A stretch of DNA of 64,000 bases from Chiloscyllium plagiosum (lineage: Eukaryota), in the NCBI RefSeq assembly GCF_004010195.1, contig NC_057749.1, forward strand, positions 10,899,269 to 10,963,268. Direction: 5' to 3'. Each line of letters opens with the position of its first letter. Positions within the stretch are counted from its first letter, which is position 1. Of this stretch, positions 12,070 through 24,449 are shown in pieces. Under the pieces are notes generated by a model, which searched no databases, had not been told where the DNA came from, and saw nothing but the letters and a program-made list of their open reading frames with translations. Made by a program: the position numbers and the translations under genes.

Positions 12070-12440
12070 AATATGGTGGCTTGGTGATAATATCAGTGGA
12101 GTAGTAATCTAGACTTCCAGGCTAATGTGTCGAAATCATGGGTTTAAATCTCTTAACAACCTGTGGAACTAATTTAGTTAACAAAATCCTGATCACGTTA
12201 AACACCACCATGAAACTAACATTTGATCATTGCAGAAACCCATCTGATTCACTAATGTACTTTGAGGATGGAAATCCACTGTCCTTACCCTGTCTGGCCT
12301 ACATGTGATTCCAGACCCACAGCCAATACAGTTTATCTGAAAGGCTGAGAAAGACATTCAATTTGAGGGCAAATAGCAACAGGCTAGCAAATAGTGTCCT
12401 TGCCAGAGATGTCCACATTCTGTGGAATGAGTAAAGAAAG
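12070..12440 (+). mobile_element. Old tRNA-derived SINE-like repeat
   Basis: Degenerate A/B-box head. Core ccatctgattcactaatg...gtctggcctacatgtg recurs on the minus strand at ~19740-19940 and ~38250-38400. Confidence 0.55.
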
Positions 12441-12832
12441 GAAAATGTCTTTGCCAGGAACTAAGGACCATTCCTTTGAGCGATCCTTGCCAAAGGGTGA
12501 ATGAACAGAGATTGTCAATGTGTAGATGTTGCAAGCATGACCACTGACAGAGATTATGTGGAGATTCTGTTTGGCCGTGAGTGTAATTATTGTTTTGTTG
12601 CACTTTGATCCTACTGCTCAGACATAATCTGTGTCAAGTCTTAAATCTTAAAAAAAACCTTGCATTTATTTGTAGCATCCTTTTTTACAGCTGACATAGT
12701 AATTGTCTCTGTTGGCATGTCGGAAATGCAGCTGTCAATTGTGCACAGCAAGCTCTCACACACAGCAATGTGATAACAACTAAATTATTCCAATTTTCTG
12801 ATGTCAGCCGCATGACAAATAAGGGTGAGGAG

Positions 12833-13031
12833 GGTTGAAAAGTGTGGTGCTGGAAAAGTACAGCAAGTCAGGCAGATTTTAAAAAAAATGAGGGGCAATT
12901 TTTTTACACAGAGGATGGTGCATGTGCGGAAGGAACATCCTGAGGAAATGGTGGACAATGTTTAAAAGACATTTGGATAAGTGCATGAATAGGAGAGTCA
13001 ACGTTTCGGGCATAAGCCCTTCATCAGGAAT
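12833..13031 (-). mobile_element. Penelope-like terminal repeat with its centre replaced by a CR1 fragment
   Basis: gttgaaaagtgtggtgctggaaaag...caggcag | CR1 sequence 12876-12993 | gagtcaacgtttcgggcataagcccttcatcaggaat. Confidence 0.8.
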
Positions 13032-14309
13032 ATTAGTGAGGACCAAGGTTCCCCATAAACTGCAAGTCTTTGGGAAGCTCTGTGCGTGTCATGTAAATCA
13101 ATAGCTCCAGAAGGCACTCCCATTTACTGCCGAATGAGGTCCATGCAGTGGCAGGAAACTTTAGAGGGAACGTTGGTCAGGACACCCAGGGATAACTCTC
13201 CTGTTTCTTTTGAAATAGAGCCCGAGGATCTGTCTATCCATCTGAGAAGAAAGATGGCTTCATCCAGATGACTAACACCGCTGGCACTGTGGTGCTGTCT
13301 TGGTACTGCATCTGGGCATCAGCCTTGATTTTGGGGCTTAAACCCTGGAGAGTGACTTATCATAGAATCCCTGCAGTGTGGAAGCAGGCCATTTGGCCCA
13401 TCAGGTCCACACCGACCATCCAACAATCATCCCTACACCCCCACCCTTTCCCATAGCTAATCCACCCAGCCTGTCCATCTTTGGATATTATGGGCAATTT
13501 GGCATGGTCAACCCACTTAACGTGCTCAACTCTTGAATCCACAACTTTCCTGACTCAAAGGCAAGAGCCACCTGCTGTCATTTGGACTGAATATTACCAC
13601 GGTCACCAATCATTTCAAATCTCAACAGTGAAGCAGTTAAAGGGTCAATTCATGTCAACTGCTCTGAATTCCAACAGACTCCAAGAATTGAAAGTGTTGG
13701 ACACTACAGCGTCAGTATAACTGAGCCAATTGACTGATTGTCACAAAGCTTATCTCTGCCACTGAACAGCATTTCAAACACATAAAACCATTCATTAATG
13801 CGAGTTTTGCATTTGGCTGCAATGCCAGGGGGACAATGTGAAAACACCCTCACGGCAATAATCCTCCACATTAAATATCATTAAATTAAAATATAGTGCT
13901 TAAAACAATACAATCCCCCTGCCTGCCAATGTCTTAGGTTCAAACCCTCATTAATGCTAAATTAGCTAGTCTTACCTCGGGCAATAGTTAGGAAGTCACT
14001 AGAGCCTTTAGTGTCCTAGAATAATGAGAGGAGGTAGTAAGTCAGTCAATATTGTTGCTTCTGGCAGTTTTTTAGTGGACACTGCAGCAAAAGCACACAT
14101 GTAGACACAGTCTTATTCAGCTGTGATAGATCCCATGGTTGAATACCCTACTGATCCTCTTACATTGGTATATGTGATAAGAGGTTGAATGTCAGTGAGG
14201 TCACATTTACAGATCTGAGGTGGAGATGAGGAAAGTTTGCCAAGGGACTGGGCATCACTGGGAAGGAAGCATTACAAATAAAAAATTCTTTAAGAAAAGG
14301 AAAAAAAGG

Positions 14310-14575
14310 AGGATCTCAAGACTAGGAGGCACATTGTTAACATGAGGGGAGAAATATTTTAAAACGATATGAGGAGCAACTTTTTTTTACACAGAGGATG
14401 GTGCATGTGTAGAAAGAACATCCAGAGGAAATGGTGGGTGTGGATACAGTTACAATGTTTAAAAAACATTTGGATAAGTACATGAATAGGAAAGGTTTGG
14501 AGGGATATGGGCCAGGAGCAGGCAGGCAGGACTGTTTGGACCAAAGGGTCTGTTTCCATGTTGTATGACTCTATG
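14310..14575 (+). mobile_element. CR1-type LINE 3' fragment
   Basis: Typical acatttggataagtacatgaatagg...gggtctgtttccatg...tatgactctatgac 3' end. Confidence 0.8.
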
Positions 14576-14599
14576 ACAACTTACCTTTGATTAAAAAAA

Positions 14600-15150
14600 G
14601 AACAACTTTCATTTACAAAAGCATCATTCACAACCTCAGGGCTTCCAAAATGACTTTTGATTTGTTGTAATGTAGGAATTTTCACTCCATTTACCCACAG
14701 CAAGCTCCTACAAACTGCAGTAAGATGTCGGCCAGATATTTTGTATCAGTGATGTTGGTTGAAGGATAATTAGTTGTTAGGACAGTAGGGTGAACTCACC
14801 TGCTATTTGTCAAGATAGTGCTGGGATCATTTACCTCCAACTAATAATAGAGGCAGGGCTTTATTTTCTCACCATTTCTGAATGATCTTGGTTTGTGCAC
14901 CTCCTATGCAGCCGTAATCTTGAATTCCTGGCTTTGTCTAAGCACCCTATGATCTCTAAATCTTTGTTTGCTATGATTTGCCTGTACAGCTCACAAAACA
15001 AAGTTTTTTTACTGTGCTTAGGTACATGTGACGACAATAAATCAAATCAAATCAAATCAAATATGGTATCTCTGAGACAGCAGCACTCCTCAGAACTGCA
15101 CTGGTGTGTCAGCCTGAATAATAAGCTCTAATCTCTGGAATAGGATTGAA
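14600..15150 (-). mobile_element. DeuSINE-type (SacSINE1/AmnSINE1-like) SINE, interrupted by a non-LTR 3' tail at ~14880-15062
   Basis: Reverse strand reads caggctgacacaccagtgcagttctgaggagtgctg, resembling the Deu domain. Related copies at ~12655-13560, 23260-23545 and 46070-46470. Confidence 0.6.
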
Positions 15151-15427
15151 TTTTGAGGTGCAGAGTTTGCAGGGGCAGTAAATGATTAGGAAGACAAATG
15201 GAATGCTAATGCTTATTGAAATGAGAGTAGCACATAAAAGTAGATGGGCTTTGCTCTGTTGGTACAGGACACTGGCAGACCACATCCAGAGTACTGTGCA
15301 CAGTTTTGGTCTCCTTGCTTAAGAAATGACGTCATTGGATTAGAAGTAGTTTCGAGAATGTTTACTCAGCTGGTACCTGGAATTGGGGTGAGGGGCATCA
15401 CTATCTCATGAGTAAGGTCGGACAAGT

Positions 15428-16487
15428 TGTTATGGACCAGACCAGACCCCCTAAAAATATTGTAAAAGGGTGGCCTAGACCCTAACTTTTTTCTTATTTC
15501 AAAGGTAAATATAAAGTGCTGTGTTCCAGATGCAATGTGACTGGTCAAACTACTCAATGTTAAACACAGCAGAACTTATTCAAACACATAGAGAGAGGCT
15601 GAATATGCTGGAGCTGTTCTTCCTGGACCATTGGAGACTGAGGGCTAACCTTATAGAGGTTTATAAAATCATGCGGGATATGGATAGGATAAACAGACAA
15701 GGTCTTTTCCCCAAGGTAGGGGAGTCCAAAAGTAGAGGGCATAGGTGTAGAGTGAGAGGGGAAAGATATAAAAGGGACCTAAGGGGCAACCTTTTCACGC
15801 AGAGGGTGTTGGTGTATGGAATGAACTGCCAGAGGAAGTGGTAGAGGCTGGTACAATTACAGCATTTAAAAGACATCTGGATGGGTATATGAATAGGAAG
15901 GGTTTAGAGGGATATGGGCCAAATGCTGGCAAATGGGACAAGATTAGGTTAGGATATCTGATCAACATGGACAATTTGGACCGAAGGGTCTGTTTCCGTG
16001 CTGTACATCTCTATGGCTCTAATTAAGATATAGCAAAAGAAAGAAGAATTTAGAATAACTTAACTCTATTGGAAAACTCAACAGATGTAGTAACTAATAC
16101 TAATTAAATGCTTCAATGCAGTAACATCCCAAACACAACCCCTGGGAAAAAGGCATATGCAAAAATCAGATTTTCTCACATGCAACACCAGCAGTAGGAA
16201 GAGAAACCCCAGCTTTTAGTTGTATCCAAGTGAGGGGAAAGAATAGCTTCTACTTCCTCCAGGCTGCAGCAGCTTCTGCTGAATCTAAAAGCTAAACACA
16301 ACCCAGAAATCCTGGTCTGTGAGAGCTGGCCACACCTATCCAGGCTGCTTCTATTATTCCAACCTTAAGAAAAACTTCCAAGGCCTCACAAAAGTCACTA
16401 CAGACTGCTCGGCACTTCTCATTCAATCTCTCGCTCTTAAAGGAAACCAGGACAAAATGCATTTCCTAAAGCCACAGCATTGTCACA
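15428..16487. mobile_element. Probable solo LTR with nested CR1 insertion (15590-16020), itself inside an older CR1
   Basis: TGTTAT...GTCACA termini and homology to 11263-11897. The nested CR1 encodes RLRANLIEVYKIMRDMDRINRQGLFP. Confidence 0.7.
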
Positions 16488-16724
16488 GTGTCCACTGAAA
16501 TTTAGAAGCATAAGAGGTGACCATATTGAAACATAAACGATCCTGAGAGGACTTGGCTGTTAAGAGGATATCTCCCCTTGTTGAAAAGACAAGTGGACAG
16601 AGTTTACAAATAGGAATTAGATGGGAATTAGAATTATTTTTCCCAAGGTGTCAATCTTTGGGACTCTCTTCCCCAGAAAGCAGTGGGAGGCTGGGTCATT
16701 GAATGGTTTTGAAGTGGAGGCAGA

Positions 16725-16910
16725 CTAGTGATTAGCTCATTTGGCTGGTTTGCTTATGCAGAGTGATGCCAATAGCGTGGGTTCAATTCCTGCACGGGCT
16801 GAGATTACCATGAGGAACTGTCAGTCTCAACCTCTCCCCTCGCCTGAGGCCTGATGACCCTCAGGTTAAACTCAGGGCAGCCCTATAATCTGGTAGGACC
16901 ATGGTGAGAA
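16725..16910 (+). mobile_element. tRNA-derived SINE (third family)
   Basis: tagctca A-box-like and gggttcaattcc B-box. cctgagg...gaccctcaggttaaac recurs at ~22420-22570 (-) and ~48880-49090 (+). Confidence 0.6.
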
Positions 16911-18228
16911 ACAAACACTTAATCCTGATGAAAGATGTGAGTCGTATGGAGGGAAACCAGGCCACAATCAGATCAGCGATGATCTTGTTGGATGGATGAG
17001 TAGGCTCAAGGGGCTGAATGGCCTCCTCCTGCTCACAGTTTTCAACTCACAATCATCTGACTAGGAGCAAGAGTGCTACTCAACCAGCCAGAAATACCTT
17101 GAGATGGAGTCAGATCTCTCCCAGAGGGTGACCACCAGTGGTCAGGCAGCTTCTGATCCAATCGACCTTCCAAATTTCAAATCCAATATCGATCTTGCTT
17201 TTTGTGCACCTCCTTTGTGGCTGTAACTTTGTATTTCTCGCTCTGTTTGATCATCTTTGTATGGTATGATCTGCCTGTACTGCATACAAAATAAAACTTT
17301 TCACTGTACCCAGGTCCATGTGACAATAATAAATCAAATCAAATCGATCCACGCTGGGAGTCAGGTTTCTGAAGGGCTGCTGTTCCACTCTCAGTCACCG
17401 CTTTATTCGGGGACTCTGACAAAACTGGCCCACAGCAGTGGAATCCAACAACTGGAGCCCATCAGAGAGCAGGTAGCAAACTGACACTGACTCAGTTGTC
17501 ATAATCGCAACTTCCCGGCAATAATCAACCACAAGGGTAACGTGAATCGACTCTGTTGTGACAGCTCAAAGTGCAAAGAGCAATTGATTAAATTGTATAC
17601 AAACATAGCTGCTGTGCTGCAGGCTGAAACTGGATAGACATTTCCTTTTGTTTTGAAAACTGCCCCAGCTCCTTCAGTTCAGTTCGTGTCAGTGTCATCA
17701 GGAATCACCCTTTCATTTTAATGCCAAGTCTGAATTCTGCTGATGGCTTGTTAGATTCAGAAGAAATCTGCATGGGATAAAGCTCCTGGGGCTTTCGTGC
17801 AAACCTTTCGTGTCAAGTCGTGGAGCTTGATCTGTGTCTCTGCAATGTTTGTGATACAGATGCTGTGTACTCGAAGAATGTCAGATAACTTTATGAGAAC
17901 AAATAGCATCGAACTTATTGCTTTCAACATCATAGCTCAAAACTCTCTTCCAGTTCCTTCAAGCATAGACATGTTGTCCAACGATATGCTCTCCACTTCC
18001 CAATCCTCTGGACCCTGCTCCCCAAGCAGATCCTGCTCTCCAAGAATATAAGCAATAGGAGCACGAATAGGCCATTCAGCCCATTGAGTCTGCTCCACCC
18101 TGTTATACAATCATGGCTGATCTTCTACTTTAACTCCATTTTCCCGCATGCTCTCCATTCCCCAGCAGACTAAAAATCTCCCTGTTCCCGCCTCAAACAT
18201 ATTCAACAATGACTACAATGAGAATACA

Positions 18229-18480
18229 ATGGGGCGGCATAGTGCCAGAGACCCAGGTTTGATTCCAGCCTTGGGTGACTGTGTGGAGTTTGCACATTCT
18301 CCCCCTGTCTGCGTGGGTTTTCTCCCATAGTCCAAAGATGTGTAGGTTAGGTGAATTGGCCATGCTAAATTGCCCATAGTGTTAGGTGCATTAGTCAGAG
18401 GGTCTGGGTGGGTTACTCTTCGGAGGGTCGGTGTGGACTTGTTGGGCCAAAGGGCCTGTTTTCACACAGTGGAAATCTAA
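18229..18480 (+). mobile_element. HE1-type SINE nested in a CR1 3' fragment
   Basis: ggggcggca...ggtttgattccagcc...ccatgctaaattgccc...ggaaatctaa. Confidence 0.8.
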
Positions 18481-18689
18481 TTCCAAAGATTCACAACTCT
18501 CTGCGTAAATAACTTTATCTAAGTCTTGTTCCTCAATGGTTAGCCCTTTATTCTGAGACTGTGCCCAGTGATCTAGATTGCCCGACCAGCAGGATCAATC
18601 TTTCAGTCCCTTCAGCATCCTGTAGGTTCTGCAGTAATAACCTCTTGTTAGTCTAGAGCCAAGACAAAATTCAAACACGATATTTTCCT

Positions 18690-19120
18690 TTCAGACCCTG
18701 CTCTCTTTCAAGGCTCTATTCCCCCACCCAGAATCCCCAATCACACTCTTCACCCAGACCCATTTCACTCAACATCCGGATCCCCCCAACCTTCACTCAG
18801 AAATACACCCCCTCCACTCTTCTTCCAGACCCCACCCCCCAATTATTCATGAAGAAACATCTCGATCTTCACCAAGACCCCTCCTCTCCTCACATGGACC
18901 AGCCCTCCAGATTATCACCCAGAAACACTCACTCAATATTCACCTAGTACCCCCCAATCTTCACCCAGGAACACTTCCGCCCTTCACATATCTTCACCTA
19001 GATACCCTCCAACCTTCACCTAGACCCCCTGCTCCTCACTTCTGCAGACTGCTCCACTCACACTTCACCCACACACACCCTGGCTCCTCACTCAGACACC
19101 CACCCTTGCCCCAAAGCACT
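18690..19120. repeat. Degenerate C-rich tandem repeat
   Basis: Recurrent tcttcacc(c/t)aga(c/a)ccc core. Confidence 0.7.
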
Positions 19121-20296
19121 GCACATTTTTACCTCTTTCATTATTCATCCCTTTTTTCAGTTCCCGCTAAATTTACTTCCACTTACCTGTGAGACAGCGC
19201 ATTCCAGATCTCAACCTCTGGTGAAATTAATTTTCATTTCCCTCGGTGTGCCTTGAGCTTGGGTTCCTCTGATTACCACATGTGCTGGCAGTGGAAGCAG
19301 TTACTCCTCTGTCCCTCAGAGCTCCAGCTATTCTGTTTATGACTCAGCTCCATGGAAAAGAACTGATCTTTGTAGTCATAACACTAAATCAAATTCTGCC
19401 AATAATGTGGCTATTAGAATCGATATTAACAAGGTGATGAATTTTAAAACACACTTCACTATGAAATACAATACACAAAAGTGCAAATGTCCCAATTACA
19501 TGCTAATTATTTTCTGTATATTTTGTGTATGTGTATATATTCTATATATGCTTGCATATATATTTATCTATAATATATCTGGATATTTTTCATTGCCTGT
19601 TGTCTTTTGCAACTTCCAAATACATAGACTGCAAGATTTGTCATGACAAAATTACATAATCTGCAACTAAGATTTAAATTAATGGAAGGTGTTTTCTTTT
19701 TGTTTTGTTTTACGGGAGAAATTAAGAGTCAATCATGTTGCTTTGGTCTGGAGTTACGTGTAGGCCAGACCAGGTAAGGACAGTGGATTTCCTTTCCTGA
19801 AGCAGATGAGATAGGTTTTCACAATTGTTGATATTCACAATTACAATCAGTAATTTTCACTTTGATTTAAGAAATTGAATTTATTAATTTAACACCCACC
19901 ACGACTTGAACCCGTGATCTTCTAAGTGTTAACATATGCATCTTAATGACTGGTCTAGCTGAATGAATGAATGAATGATGATTTATTGTCACAATGAACA
20001 ACACGTAAAATGCAGTGAAAAGCTTCAACTGTTGCCACAATCTGGTGTCTTTTGAATATTTAAAGAATAAAAAGATAAAGCTGAAAGAGTCTATCGTCAT
20101 TCTGTCACCTTCACCATGGGTCCCATGCCCTGAGCTGGCCAACCAGCAACACCTGTGCTACCGCCCACCCTCCGTCACCTACACCAGACCTACCAGCGTC
20201 AGAGTCGCTATTCTTCAGGCACCATCTCTTCATCACTGGGCCCACACTCGCCTCAGTGACTAGGAGTCCCTGGTTCCACGACCACTGCTGCCTCAC

Positions 20297-20716
20297 TGAT
20301 AACCAAGAGTCCCTGGCTCCAGGCCTACCACGGCCAGGAGTCCCTGGCTCCGAGATGACCACAACCAGGAGACCCTGGCTCCGGGCCGACCACAACCAGG
20401 AGTCCCTGGCTCCGGGCCTACCACAATCAGAGGTCCCTGGCTCCGGGCCTACCACAACCAGGAGTCCCTGGCTCTGACCCTACCACAACCAGAGGTCCCT
20501 GGCTCCAGGCCGACCACAACCAGAGGTCCCTGGCTCCGGGCTGACCACAACCAGGAGTCCCTGGCTCCGGGCCTACCACAACCAGGAGTCCATGGCTCCG
20601 GGCCTACCACAACCAGAGGTCCCTGGCTCCGGGCCTACCACAACCAGAGGTCCCTGGCTCCGGGCCTACCACAACCAGATATTCCTGGCTCTGGGCCTAC
20701 CACAACCAGGAGTCCT
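20297..20716. repeat. 31-bp minisatellite, ~13 units
   Basis: Unit ccacaaccaggagtccctggctccgggccta, with starts at 20421 and 20452 exactly 31 apart. Two variants (caggagtc / cagaggtc). Confidence 0.95.
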
Positions 20717-20984
20717 CAGCTCTGCTGCCAGGCTATGCCCCAGCCAAGAGTACAACTCCAGCCGCTCTCATTCGCGATGTTGCCTTCTCCATCCCCAAGG
20801 ACAGGAAGTGGATGAAGGAAAAGAAAGACAGAAAGGATAATTGAAAGAAGGGAGGAAGCAGCTGTTCGAGGCAGACAGGCCCAGGAGCCCAGATATTGCC
20901 TACATTGTTAGCACCACCACTGTGCTACCATCTTCCCTACAAACAGGTTCACCCACTGCAATGTTATCCAGCTGAGAAGAAATT

Positions 20985-21113
20985 TAGGAGACAGTGAGGA
21001 CTGCAGATGCTGGAGAGTCAGAGTCGAAAAGTGTGGGGCTGGAAAAGCACAGCAGGTCAGGGAGCATCCAAGGAGCCGGAGAGTCAACATTTCGGGCATT
21101 CATCCTTCATCAG
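20985..21113 (-). mobile_element. Solo Penelope-like terminal repeat
   Basis: aggagacagtgaggactgcagatgctggag...tttcgggcattcatccttcatcag, flanked by agaagaaa on both sides. Confidence 0.8.
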
Positions 21114-22757
21114 AAGAAACATATTCAGCCCATCCTGATTCTACCAGCTCTTTGAAAGGACTATCAATTAATCTCACCACCCAAAGTCCCCGCACTCCCT
21201 TTGCTCCTTAACCCTGCATGTTTCTCGCTCTGTTCAAGTCCTATGTAAAACACCGAGTTTCTCTTTTCTCAGTGTTGTCTCCTGCAAAATGCGTGAGTTG
21301 GGTTTTGAGACGTTAATTGTTTTTCTCTTCTCTCCCTCCGCTGCATAATTTTGACCTCAGCTGTGGCTTTCCTTGATTGCCGACCGTCCAATTAAAGCAG
21401 ATCCATCAGGTAGGATTGACAAGGCCAGCTTGTTGTCTCAGTGAAGCTGCATTTTGTCACGAATCCCATTTGCTGTCTGTTTAAACTGTAATCAGTCTCA
21501 TTCCCATAGCTGCTTCACAGCTTCTCTCAGAAAATTGAAATATTTTATAGTAAAAGGCTTTGTCTGTATTTTGAAAAAACAATCTACCAACATTTGATTG
21601 CTACACAGGACATAAACTACCTCCAGCCAGAAATGCAATCCTAGTTTGTGTACAAAATGAAATTCAATATCAAAACAAAAATGTTCATGAATTTGTTTGG
21701 ATATTGAATGCAACACAATTGATCTGCACATTCCGTACTCTGAGCACGCATAGCTTGCATATTACAATGAAGGGCAAATCAATTCTCAACCTCACTTTAT
21801 AAAGGCAGTTGTTTTTCTTAACATTGTCCAGTTGGTAACTGATGTCGCATTTAAATGCCACATTTAGTTTTAAAAAAGTAAAGGGGTGAGTGACAGTGGG
21901 AGTTCACCTGTTATCATTATTGTGAAGTATAAACAGAAATTGCTGGAGAAACTCAGCAGGTCTGGTAGTATCTTTGAAGAGAGAAACAGAATTAACGTTT
22001 CGAGCCCGGTCACCCTTCAGATATCTGCAGTTCTTTGTTTTATTACAATTGCTGTGAGTTTGATCACAGCTGACTGGACAGTGAAATTCCTGGATACCAA
22101 GCAGACTAGAATGAAACAGGGACAAACAGAAACTCTACTCCATAGAACAACAAAGCAAATGCTTTAAATCTTTAACAGCGGGCCCCTTTGGCAGTACCTC
22201 TTCAGCACTGAGAGAACATGCCTTTGAATCAGCAAATAAATCACAGCTTGAAAAGGCACAGGAGGCCTGTAAACAGTCAAATTTTATATTAACGTCAAAT
22301 TATTTCCTGAATGAAAAGGACCAACTTGCATTTCATTGGGATGCGCTTCCCAAAGTGGGGTCACTAGCTGAAATTTTGGGCTCTTTGAGGCATTAAAAGT
22401 GAGGTCACAATCGTTCTGAGAGAGATGATCAGTGGTGGTTTAACCTGAGGGCAAGGGGAGAGGCTGAGGAGGACAGTCCCTCATGGTAACTTTAAATGCA
22501 GTAAGAATTAAATCCACGCTGTTGGATCACTCTAGATCACAAACCAGCTGTAAAGCCAATGGAGCTAACCAATCTCTTCTCTGCTGTGGAGCTCCACAGT
22601 TATAAAAATTGAGCTCCAAGTCTAACAGAGCCTTGCTCACATAGCGATACTGCATCCCCACTCACTGTTCTTCATCCTTGGGATGTGACAATTTTTGAAA
22701 CCTCAAAATGGGACCGCAGTGGTAAAAAGTTTGGAAAATACCACTTATCACAGGCTT

Positions 22758-23072
22758 AGAATCATAGAATCCCTACAGTGTAGAAGCAGGCTATTTGGCC
22801 CATTGAGCCACACCAACCCTCCAAACAACAGCCCACCCTATCCCTGCATTTCCCATGGCTAATCCACCTAACCTACATATCGCTGGACACTATGATCAAT
22901 TTAGCACGGCCAATCCACCTAACCTGCATATCTTTGGACTGTGGGAGGAAACAGGAGCACCCAGAGGACACCCACGCAGACACTGGGAGAACATGCAAAC
23001 TCCAAACAGTTGCCACAGAGTGGAATCGAATCCAGGTCCCTGGTGCTGTGAGGCAGCAGTGCTAACCACTTG
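22758..23072 (-). mobile_element. HE1-type SINE
   Basis: Same family motifs as 5647-5932. Further copies at ~8238-8440, 13362-13520 and 36890-37195. Confidence 0.8.
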
Positions 23073-23881
23073 GTCACTCCCATTTGACCAAGTGTTATCT
23101 TTGCACAAATCCAAATTCCTGGAGATGCTGGAATTAAAAACAAAGTGCTATAAACCAAGTTCAGTTCTTTGAGAAAGCTGACTGAATCGCTGAGTACTTC
23201 CAGGGTTATTGTTGGCAAAGTACTTTTCCAAATGTGGTCAACACCACTGCCAATGCACACTCAGCAAGCTCCCATAAACAGAAAGTTGACTTTTTGGTAT
23301 GTTGGTTAGGGGAATAAGTATCATTCAGAGTAAAGTGAGAGATGGAGAAGCAGTTTCTTAATCTTTAAATAGCACTCCAGGATCTTTAACATCAAGCTAA
23401 CAGGGCAGAAGGGACCTCCGACAGTGTAGCACTGCTGTGGCACCGGCACTGATGCTTTAGCTTGGATTTTATTTGAATCCCTGGGGGAGGATATGAACTC
23501 GCAACCTTCTGACTTGAGAGGTGAGAGGGCTACCCACTGAGTCAGGCTGGCAGCAGCAGCTGCCTGTGCATCTCATGTTTCTCATTAAAGTATCTTTTAA
23601 AATTCATAACAGTGGTAATATTGATTTTTTTTTAAAAACTGGAGTATTTGCTCTCAGCTGATAGCAAGATCATTCTAAATTCCAACATGGAACATTGACA
23701 ATAACAAACATGTATAGGCGCCAGCATTGTCTATTAATTGTCCCTACACAATGATAAATAAAGAAATTTTGTCTGCACCGTGCCTATTTTGGAATAAAAG
23801 AAAACCTTTAACAATGCTAAAGATAATTTTCCATCTGGTCTCTCACCTAATTGTCAATTATCAGCCAATTCAAAGCAGCTT

Positions 23882-23899
23882 GGCACCACCTGGTGGTAG
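23882..23899 (-). promoter_or_regulatory. Candidate CTCF site
   Basis: Minus strand ctaCCACCAGGTGGTGCC closely matches the CTCF core CCACCAGG(T/G)GGCGC and lies in unique sequence. Confidence 0.5.
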
Positions 23900-24277
23900 A
23901 AAATTCAACTACAATTAATATTCCGCTACAGTCTCTGATGTGCATCAGTGTTCAAGGCCTGGAAATCCCTGCTGTGTTAAATTCCCGAATCAAGTCCACA
24001 ACAAATGCTCACCCGGGATGTAATTACAATTTATTTCTGATAATTAACTACAATCACAACCAAACATGTAAATTAACCAACAACCAGCAAAGTGAGAGCC
24101 TGCTGTTAAAATGATGCCCCTGAATTCAAAAAGTAACTTTTAATTTGAGAAAGATGGGACATGCCTTTTTTTAAAAAAAAATGCTCCAAACTGCTTTGTA
24201 ATCACGTGGAAAGACTATGTATTGGAAGATTTCATCAAGACCTTTACTGATTTAATTTTAAATCTGGAACTTGTCCC

Positions 24278-24421
24278 CCTTAAAAAGCTGGGAATGTCAA
24301 TTTGAACTCTGGAACTTAAAAAGGCATTGAGTCAGAAATTCAAAACAGTACAATTTACAAGTTTCTGACTCAACGCCATTTTATGTTCCAGAGTTCAAAT
24401 GGACATTCCCAGTTTTTAAGG
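24278..24421. repeat. Long imperfect inverted repeat (MITE-like hairpin)
   Basis: ~63-bp arms ccttaaaaagctgggaatgtc...gagtcagaaatt and aagtttctgactc...gacattcccagtttttaagg around an ~18-nt loop. Confidence 0.9.
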
Positions 24422-24449
24422 AAAACCTTTAACCACCTCCCCGCCCCCA

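Noticed and set aside
20297..20716. CRISPR-like regular repeat array
   Set aside because: Units are directly adjacent with no unique spacers, there are no cas genes, and the context is eukaryotic. It is a minisatellite.
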